Shown in pieces: positions 57,151 through 64,000 of a stretch of DNA of 64,000 bases. The DNA is taken from positions 1 to 64,000 of the forward strand of contig JBBRLJ010000011.1 of NCBI GenBank assembly GCA_038231435.1, given 5' to 3'. Position 1 is the first letter of the stretch, and the number at the start of each line of letters is the position of its first letter. The translations under genes were made by a program, and so were the position numbers. Origin of the DNA: Planctomycetota bacterium (GTDB lineage Bacteria > Planctomycetota > UBA11346). The notes beneath the pieces were generated by a model that saw only the letters and a program-made list of their open reading frames with translations, was not told the origin of the DNA and did not search any database.

Positions 57151-57915
57151 ATGCGCGGAACCTTCTGGCCCATCCAGGGCCTCGGCACCTTCCTGAAGTA
57201 CCCGGCGCTGTGGCGGCGTCCGCTCGCCGCGCTGCTGGTCGGATGGGTGGCGCTGATCTGCGCCGGCGGCGGCGTGGCCTGGTGGTGGTGGCCGACCGGT
57301 CCGGCGAACTGGTGGCCCTGGCCGATGCACCTGTTCCTGGCCGTAGGGCTGGGCGTGGCCGCCACCTTGCTGGCGTGGATCCTGATCCTGCCCCTGGTGA
57401 TGAGCTTCGCGCTCGAGCACCTGGCGCGCGAGATCCAACGCCGTGCCGGTGCCCAGCCGGCAAAGGATGAATCAATGCTCTCGGCACTGGGCTCGAGCCT
57501 CGGTCTCACCATCCGCACCCTGCCCCTGCGGCTCGGTTGGACAGGAGTGGCGCTGCTGTCGTCGTTCTTCGGTCCGCTCGGACTGCTGGTGGGTGCGTTC
57601 GGCATGGCTCACCTCGCCTGCATCGACGCCTTCGACCTCGCGCTCGCGGTGCGCGGCCTGTCCGGGCCGCGCCGGCGTGAGGCGATGCGCGCGCACCGCG
57701 AGGAGATCATTCAGGGCGCGATGGCCGGGGCGGTGATGAACCTCGGGCTCGGGGTCACCGTCCTCGGCTGGATCCTGTGGCTGCCGGCCCTGGTCTCGGG
57801 CGCGGCGACGCGGGTGCTGTCGTGGCCCGAGACCGCCATGTCCGCGACGATCGAGGCCGGTCACCTGGATCCGTCCGTGGCCCCTCCCGCTCCGTCGTCG
57901 CTGCCAGCACCCTAG
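57151..57915 (+). CDS. EI24/CysZ-like membrane protein
   Basis: Several TM helices; N-terminal GL-FL--P-LW pattern. Confidence 0.65.
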   Translation: MRGTFWPIQGLGTFLKYPALWRRPLAALLVGWVALICAGGGVAWWWWPTGPANWWPWPMHLFLAVGLGVAATLLAWILILPLVMSFALEHLAREIQRRAGAQPAKDESMLSALGSSLGLTIRTLPLRLGWTGVALLSSFFGPLGLLVGAFGMAHLACIDAFDLALAVRGLSGPRRREAMRAHREEIIQGAMAGAVMNLGLGVTVLGWILWLPALVSGAATRVLSWPETAMSATIEAGHLDPSVAPPAPSSLPAP

Positions 57916-58025
57916 CTCAGGTCTGCGCGGCGCTCGACCTGCGCATCCGAGCGATATCCTCCGTCCATGACTCACGGCGCGACTACCGCATCGATGTCCG
58001 CACGCCAGCCTGCGTGGTCGCCCGC

Positions 58026-60065
58026 ATGGAGCTGACCCCGACCGACGTGCTCGGACCGGGCGGACTCCTGGCGGCACGCATGAGCGCGTACGAGAGCCGA
58101 CCGCAACAGCTGGCCATGGCGGACACGGTCTCGCAGGCGATAGCTGACGGCGGCCACGCGATCGTCGAAGCGCCGACCGGCGTGGGCAAGAGCTTCGCCT
58201 ATCTGGTGCCGCTCGCCCTGCACGCCATGAAGACCAACGCGCGCGTGGTGGTCTCGACCGGAACCATCGCGCTGCAGGAGCAGCTGATCCGCAAGGACAT
58301 CCCGCTGCTGCAGGAAGTCTTCCCGCAGCTCAAGGCCGTGCTGGTCAAGGGCCGCCAGAACTACGTCTCGGTGCGGCGCATGCAGCACGCCGCTGACGGC
58401 TCGCTGTCGCAGCAGGCGATGTTCGACACCCGCGAAGACGTGCAGTCGCTGCGCGAGCTGCACGACTGGTCGAAGACGACCACAATCGGCGACCTCGCCG
58501 ATCTCGGCTTCGATCCGCCGCCCGCGGTATGGCGCCAGGTGGTGTCCGATCGCAACAACTGCCTCGGCCGCAAATGCCCGACCTACGAGAGCTGCTTCTT
58601 CTACAACGCGCGCCGCGAGATGGAGGGCGCCCACCTGCTGGTGGTCAACCACCACCTCTATTTCAGCGACCTCGGCCTGCGCGAAGAGCACGCCGGCATC
58701 CTGCCGCCGCACGACATCGTGGTGTTCGACGAGGCCCACACCCTCGAGGACATCGCCACCGACCATCTCGGTTCCTCGGTGAGCGAGTCGCAGATCCGCT
58801 TCTTCCTCGACGGCTTGTGGAACCGCCGCGAGAAGGGCCTGCTCGCCGACGAGCGCTTCGCCTTCGCGCGCGAAGCCTGCGAATACGCCCGCGCCCAGAA
58901 CGACGAATTCTGGAAGTCGGTGCTGCTGATCGGTGCCGATGCGCGCGACGATGCGGTGAAGATGCCGAATCCGCACGCGGTCGACAACATCCTCAGCCCC
59001 GCGCTCGACCTGCTCGCGCAGCGGCTCGAGGCCTGCGCCACCCGCGCTGGCGACGATAACCTGCTGCTCGAGGTCAAAGCGCAGCAGGCGCGCGCCATCG
59101 GCTTCGCGGGCGGCATCCGCGCGATCATCAGCCAGAACATGGACGGACACGTCTACTACGCGCACGTGCCGCAGGGACGCGCCCCCGGCCGCTCGTCGTC
59201 ACCCAGCTTGTCGGCGAGCCCGCTGTCGGTCGCGCAGCTGCTCAAGGAGCGCCTCTTCGACCAGACCCGCACGGTGGTGCTGACCTCGGCGACGCTCGCC
59301 GCCGACGATAGCGACCGCTTCCTGTTCCTGCGCCGCCGGCTCGGCCTCGAGGGCGGAGCGGCGCAGCGCCTGGACAGCCCCTTCGACTTCACCACCCAGG
59401 TGAAGCTGATCCTGAACCAATCCCAGATCGACCCGAACAGCCCGCGCTACGAGCAGGCGCTGGCCAACTGGCTCGGAGAGTACCTCGCTGACGAGGATCG
59501 CGGTCGTTCGGGCGGCAGTTTCGTGCTCTTCACCAGTTATCGCCAGCTCAAGGCGGTGCACGACCTGGTGCGTCCGACGCTCGACCGCATGAACCGCTTC
59601 GTGCTGCGCCACGGCGACGGCATGGGACGCGCGCAGATGCTCGACCTGTTCAAGCGCGTCGGCGACGCGGTGCTGTTCGGCACCAGCTCGTTCTGGGAGG
59701 GCGTCGACGTGCCCGGTGACGCGCTGCGCCACGTCATCATCACCAAGCTGCCGTTCGAGGTGCCGAGCCATCCGGTGGTCGAGGCGCGCCATAACGAGAT
59801 CACCCGCCGTGGCGGCAATGCCTTCATGGAGCGCACCGTGCCCGAGGCGATCATCCGCCTGAAGCAGGGATTCGGCCGCCTGATCCGCACCAAGACCGAC
59901 ACCGGATCGGTGATCATCTGCGATCACCGCATCCTCACCAAGGCCTATGGCCGCTATTTCCTCAAGGCGCTGCCGAGCTGCGGCATCGAGGTCATCGATC
60001 TGGCGCGCTATGCCGACGGCGGCGAGCCCTCGTCGATCCCGCGGACTCCCGAGTCCGGCTTCTAG
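58026..60065 (+). CDS. DinG/YoaA-family Fe-S helicase
   Basis: EAPTGVGKS, KGRQNY, CLGRKCP...C, VVNHHL, DEAH, SATL, FWEGVD, LPF, QGFGRLIR. Confidence 0.94.
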   Translation: MELTPTDVLGPGGLLAARMSAYESRPQQLAMADTVSQAIADGGHAIVEAPTGVGKSFAYLVPLALHAMKTNARVVVSTGTIALQEQLIRKDIPLLQEVFPQLKAVLVKGRQNYVSVRRMQHAADGSLSQQAMFDTREDVQSLRELHDWSKTTTIGDLADLGFDPPPAVWRQVVSDRNNCLGRKCPTYESCFFYNARREMEGAHLLVVNHHLYFSDLGLREEHAGILPPHDIVVFDEAHTLEDIATDHLGSSVSESQIRFFLDGLWNRREKGLLADERFAFAREACEYARAQNDEFWKSVLLIGADARDDAVKMPNPHAVDNILSPALDLLAQRLEACATRAGDDNLLLEVKAQQARAIGFAGGIRAIISQNMDGHVYYAHVPQGRAPGRSSSPSLSASPLSVAQLLKERLFDQTRTVVLTSATLAADDSDRFLFLRRRLGLEGGAAQRLDSPFDFTTQVKLILNQSQIDPNSPRYEQALANWLGEYLADEDRGRSGGSFVLFTSYRQLKAVHDLVRPTLDRMNRFVLRHGDGMGRAQMLDLFKRVGDAVLFGTSSFWEGVDVPGDALRHVIITKLPFEVPSHPVVEARHNEITRRGGNAFMERTVPEAIIRLKQGFGRLIRTKTDTGSVIICDHRILTKAYGRYFLKALPSCGIEVIDLARYADGGEPSSIPRTPESGF

Positions 60066-60154
60066 CGTCCTGTCCGCCGACGGCGTACCGCGCGCCCGGA
60101 AAGCCCGCTCCATCGCCTCCTTGATCGCTGCCGGGGCCCAGCCAGCCTAGCGCC

Positions 60155-62647
60155 ATGCTCCGTGGCCTGCGCGTTTCCGATTCGACCGTCCTGCAACGCA
60201 TCTGCGGCGGCGACATGAAGCTGTTCCTGCGCGTCGGCGCGCTGCTCCAGGCCAAGCTGGCCTTCACCGAGCTCGGGCTCGAGGCGGCGGTCGCCAACGA
60301 GGAAGGCAAGAAGCTGGTCGGCGACCGGCGCCTGCGCGACGCGGTGCCCGACCAGTTCGAGAAGATCGCCGCCGACGCCGGCGCCGCCGAGCTGCGCCTG
60401 TCCATGGTCGACACCGCGGGCGGAGCCGAGGACGGCTGGCGCGTGATCGCGCTCGAGGACGAGCTGGGCAATCCGCTGCTCGACCAATCGCGCGCCAACG
60501 ATGCCGAGGCCCAGTCGCTGATCGACGCCGCGCCGACCTCGGCCCTGTCCACGATGGTGGCCGGCCTGACCCCCTCGCTGCGCGGGCCGGTCGAGGGCCT
60601 GCTCCAGGCGCGCGCCGACGACCAGCGCGCGGCGGCCCTCGAGCAGCTACGCTACGCGATGCCGCCGCTGCCGGTGGTGACCGAACTGATGCCGATGATC
60701 CTCTCCGACGGCGCCGAGCTGGTGCGCGAGCGCGCCATCGGCCTGCTGGTGGGCGCCGGCGCGAACGTCGCCGTGGTCGATCTCATCCGCGCGCTGCAGC
60801 GCAAGGACGACCACGCCCTGGCGCGCCTGGGCGAGCCGGTGTCGAAGCTGCCGGCGATGCAGCAGGATCTGGTGGTTTCAGCGGTGCTCGCGGCGATGTC
60901 GCGGGGCCATACCACCCAGGCCATCGTCACGCTCTGCGAGCATCTCGCCGCCCACCTGTCAGAGCACCGCGGCCTTGAGCGCCTGATGGAGCTGCTGCTG
61001 CCGGCGCGCCTGAGCCTCTTGGATCTGGTGCGCTCGCTGCAGGGCTTCGATCGCGGCCGCATCGATTCCATCCTCTCGCGCCAGCTCGGCATCAGCTCCG
61101 AGCGCGACGCGCACCTGGTGGTGCTGCTCGCCATGCCCGGCGCGGTCGATGCCGATGTTCCCGACCGCGACCATCTCGTGGAACGAGGCCTCGAGCTGCT
61201 GCTGACGCCCGCGGATTCGCCGCCCGAACGCATGGCGCTGGCCTCGGCGCTGCGCCGTCTCGAGCACGGCAGCAACCTCGCCCAGCGCATCGCCGACCGC
61301 GGCGCCGAGATCGCCAAGGCCTACGAGACCAGCGTCTACTGGCTGCTCGCCGAGCTCTGCCGCGACGGCTCGGTGCCCCCCGCGGCGGCCGAGGCGCTCG
61401 CCATCACCCTGCGCCGCCTGCTGCGCGAGGCCACGGGCCCGCACCTGGTGGCGATCCTCGAGCAGCAGCTGCCCGCGCTGCTGCCGGCGAGCGAGCCCGC
61501 GAAGGCGGGCCTGGTCGAGCCGATGGTCGAGACCATCGCGCGCTTCGTCGACGACCGCAGCCACGACCTGGTGGTGTCGTGCCTGACCGCCATCGGCCCC
61601 ACCGCGGTGCCGCCGCTGTGGTCGCTGCTCGAGGACCATCCGCACGAGAACGTGCGCTTGCTCAGCGCCGAGCTGCTGCCGCTGCTCCTGCGCGATGCCC
61701 CGGCCGCGGACGCCCGCGCCGCCGTCTCGCGCCTGCTCAAGGGCCTGGGGCGCGCCAGCCAGGCGCGCGAACGCGCCAGCCTGGTGACCGCGGCGGCGAT
61801 GATCTCGTGCCTGCCCGCGCTCGCCGCCGATCCTGAACCGAGCCGGCTCGTCGACGCCGCCGTCGACAGCCTCGGCACCTGGGGCATCGACGCCCTCGGC
61901 TACCTCGCCACCAGCGAGCACCTCGCCGCGCCGCGCCGCCAGCAGATCATCGAACGGCTGCTCGACGACCTGGTCGAGGACCTGCCCGACACGCCGGTCG
62001 AGAGCGTCACGGATTCGTCGAACGACGAGGTCACCTTCGTCCTCGACGAGCGCCTTGGCGCTCACACCGAGAACGTCCCCAAGCTGCTCGCCGCGCTCTA
62101 TCGCATCGGCTCGGCGCCGGCGCTCCCGGCCGAGCTGCAGCGGCGCGTGGTCAACCGCCTGTGCCTGCAATGGGGCCGCGTCTCGGGATGGAAGACCATC
62201 TGGGGCCCGGGCAACATCCAGGAGCTCGGCCGCACCCTCGGCCGCCTCGCCGAGCACCCCGAATTCCCCGGTCCGCTGCGGCTCCAGGTCTCAGAAGCGC
62301 TGCTGCCGCGCATCGCCCAGCTGACCGTGGCCCGCAGTCTGGCGCGGGTGTTCACCTCGGCCGAGGGCAGCTACCTCAGCCAGCTCGCGGGCAAGACCGC
62401 GTCCAAGCTCATCGAGCTCGCCGCCGAGAAGTACTACGCCGACGACGAATGGGAGGAACTCGCCGAGATCCTCGTCGACTACCTGGCGATCCCGCACCTC
62501 GGGCCCGACGGCCCGGCGGTGCGCCGCCGCCTGGTCAACGTCATCGGCGCCTACCGCTCGCACATGACCAGCCGCGCGCGCGCCAAGCTGCGCTACATCA
62601 TGCCGGAGCTGGACGCCGACCTGCGCACGAAGCTCGACTGGGCGTGA
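60155..62647 (+). CDS. Large alpha-helical (HEAT/ARM-like) hypothetical protein, 830 aa
   Basis: Leu/Ala-rich helical repeats such as LSDGAELVRERAIGLL and LEDHPHENVRLLSAELL. Confidence 0.75.
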   Translation: MLRGLRVSDSTVLQRICGGDMKLFLRVGALLQAKLAFTELGLEAAVANEEGKKLVGDRRLRDAVPDQFEKIAADAGAAELRLSMVDTAGGAEDGWRVIALEDELGNPLLDQSRANDAEAQSLIDAAPTSALSTMVAGLTPSLRGPVEGLLQARADDQRAAALEQLRYAMPPLPVVTELMPMILSDGAELVRERAIGLLVGAGANVAVVDLIRALQRKDDHALARLGEPVSKLPAMQQDLVVSAVLAAMSRGHTTQAIVTLCEHLAAHLSEHRGLERLMELLLPARLSLLDLVRSLQGFDRGRIDSILSRQLGISSERDAHLVVLLAMPGAVDADVPDRDHLVERGLELLLTPADSPPERMALASALRRLEHGSNLAQRIADRGAEIAKAYETSVYWLLAELCRDGSVPPAAAEALAITLRRLLREATGPHLVAILEQQLPALLPASEPAKAGLVEPMVETIARFVDDRSHDLVVSCLTAIGPTAVPPLWSLLEDHPHENVRLLSAELLPLLLRDAPAADARAAVSRLLKGLGRASQARERASLVTAAAMISCLPALAADPEPSRLVDAAVDSLGTWGIDALGYLATSEHLAAPRRQQIIERLLDDLVEDLPDTPVESVTDSSNDEVTFVLDERLGAHTENVPKLLAALYRIGSAPALPAELQRRVVNRLCLQWGRVSGWKTIWGPGNIQELGRTLGRLAEHPEFPGPLRLQVSEALLPRIAQLTVARSLARVFTSAEGSYLSQLAGKTASKLIELAAEKYYADDEWEELAEILVDYLAIPHLGPDGPAVRRRLVNVIGAYRSHMTSRARAKLRYIMPELDADLRTKLDWA

Positions 62648-62652
62648 TCAGG

Positions 62653-62900
62653 GCAGGCCATCGCGACGCGCAGCGTCGGTAGCCGCGAAGCGGCGAGCGG
62701 CAAAGCCGCCGATGGCCGTAGTGCTTGCACGAAACATCCAAGTCGCGGTGACCCGGGGGTGTCGGGGGCAGAGCCCCTGACGCGGGGGCGGTCCGGGGGT
62801 CGCGACCCCCGGATTTATCGCGAGCGCATGCGAGCAGGCCATCGCGACGCGCAGCGTCGGTAGCCGCGAAGCGGCGAGCGGCAAAGCCGCCGATGGCCGT
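62653..62900. repeat. Two identical 67-bp direct repeats around a GC hairpin core
   Basis: 62653-62719 equals 62834-62900; each is bounded by the GGCCATCG...CGATGGCC inverted pair. Confidence 0.9.
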
Positions 62901-63166
62901 CAAACAGCAGCAGGCTGATTCATCAGGCGTTCAACGAAGCCGTAGATGTCGCCCATTGTGCGCAGGGCGCGGGCTTCCTTCTCGGGGCACTTCACCTTGA
63001 AGGTCTTCTCCATCGCCGCGATCAGGTCGACGCTGTCGAGGCTGTCGAGCTCGAGGTCCTTCACCAGGTCGGCTTCGGGCACCAGACGGGCGGGATCGAG
63101 TTCGAACTCCTTGGCGAGGGCTGCATTCACGGCGCTGCGGACGGCTTCTGGTGACATCGTGGACAT
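62900..63166 (-). CDS. Acyl carrier protein
   Basis: DLELDSLDSVDL phosphopantetheine motif; 88 aa. Confidence 0.92.
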   Translation of the reverse strand: MSTMSPEAVRSAVNAALAKEFELDPARLVPEADLVKDLELDSLDSVDLIAAMEKTFKVKCPEKEARALRTMGDIYGFVERLMNQPAAV

Positions 63167-63276
63167 CTGGGAATCCTTGCTGAGGCAGGCGTGAACAGGA
63201 GGCGAAGCGTTCCAGCTTCAAGGGTACATCAGGAATCGCGCGAGTGCGGAACTTACTGGCGGTCTTCAGTCTTCGG

Positions 63277-63325
63277 TGAACGAACCTTCAATGAACGGAC
63301 CAATGAACGAACCGATGAACGAACC
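63277..63325. repeat. Four short direct repeats TGAACG(A/G)ACC
   Basis: Copies start at 63277, 63292, 63304 and 63316 in the ACP/GT2 divergent gap. Confidence 0.8.
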
Positions 63326-63628
63326 AAGAGGAGTGAGGTCTGAGCCCGGAGCAGCCACCCGGACATGGATGGGCTATCACTGTACCGCATGATCGTCGGG
63401 GACAAGTGTTTCGCCGGTAAAAACCCTCCACGGAGGCCGCGCTCGCACATTCGCTGCAATCGATTCAAATGCCGGGCACGGGCATTTTCAGCAGGAATCA
63501 CGCGGGGGTACGTCCTTCCGAGGACTCTCGGCGAGGTCTCCGAGGACAGATGTGCGGGGGAGATCGGCGCCCAGCTCGCCCCTGCCCGGTGGCCAGCTGC
63601 GAATCGCCGGCTACCCTGCGGCGCTCGC

Positions 63629-64000
63629 ATGCAGCTCATCGCTCCAGCATCCACGACCTGGCCGGCGGGCATGATCGCGCTGGTTCCGGTGTTCAACCAC
63701 CATGCCACGGTCGCCGAGGTGGTGCGTGGCCTGCGGTCACTCGGCGCACCGGTGCTGGTGGTCGACGACGGTTCGAGCGATGGCAGCGGCGAGACGGCTG
63801 CCGCCGCCGGCGCCGAAGTGCACCGGCTGCCGATCAACCAGGGCAAGGGCGCCGCGCTGCGCTGCGGCATGGAGATCGCCGCCGCCCGCGGCTACGCCCA
63901 GGCACTCTCCTGCGATGCGGACGGCCAGCACCCCTTAGTCGCGGTGGCATCGCTCGCCCGGGCGGCGAGCGATGCCACCGCGATCCACATTGGCCAACGC
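63629..64000 (+). CDS. Glycosyltransferase family 2 (partial, runs off the window)
   Basis: LVPVFNH, VVDDGSSDG, NQGKGAAL, DADGQH; alternative start 63671. Confidence 0.9.
   Translation, partial: MQLIAPASTTWPAGMIALVPVFNHHATVAEVVRGLRSLGAPVLVVDDGSSDGSGETAAAAGAEVHRLPINQGKGAALRCGMEIAAARGYAQALSCDADGQHPLVAVASLARAASDATAIHIGQR

Noticed and set aside
62653..62900. Possible CRISPR array (also 33696-33739 and 63277-63325)
   Set aside because: Too few repeats, wrong repeat and spacer lengths, and no cas genes

Overview
High-GC bacterial DNA, probably Planctomycetota/PVC. This is an inference from the CRTAC1-like FG-GAP/UnbV proteins, a DWG-type Ser/Thr kinase and many prepilin-like genes. Two accessory blocks (about 1-14.8 kb and 21-45.4 kb) are interleaved with housekeeping genes: an RRM protein, tRNA-Met, scpA, ispH, a probable 6S RNA, recQ, gatB, hisI, an RlmI-like methyltransferase, ppk2, pdxA, a GntR-linked sugar-acid catabolic cluster, a DinG-family helicase, and an ACP plus GT2 at the right edge. 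The main feature is two inverted, paralogous cassettes of 8 and 5 genes with class III (prepilin) signal peptides in gspG-H-I-J-K-like order. Their subunits are greatly enlarged (the I/PilV-position protein is 1110-1307 aa) and have conserved scaffolds with divergent aromatic-rich inserts. Neighbouring genes also come in paralogous sets: FG-GAP/UnbV propeller proteins (one with apparent tandem histone-fold-like segments), two Pro-rich lipoproteins, and a membrane Ser/Thr kinase plus a kinase-less copy with a matching promoter. Several REP/REPIN-like palindromic elements lie mostly between convergent genes. All calls are from reading motifs by eye; no database search was run, and several start codons were re-assigned relative to the ORF track.
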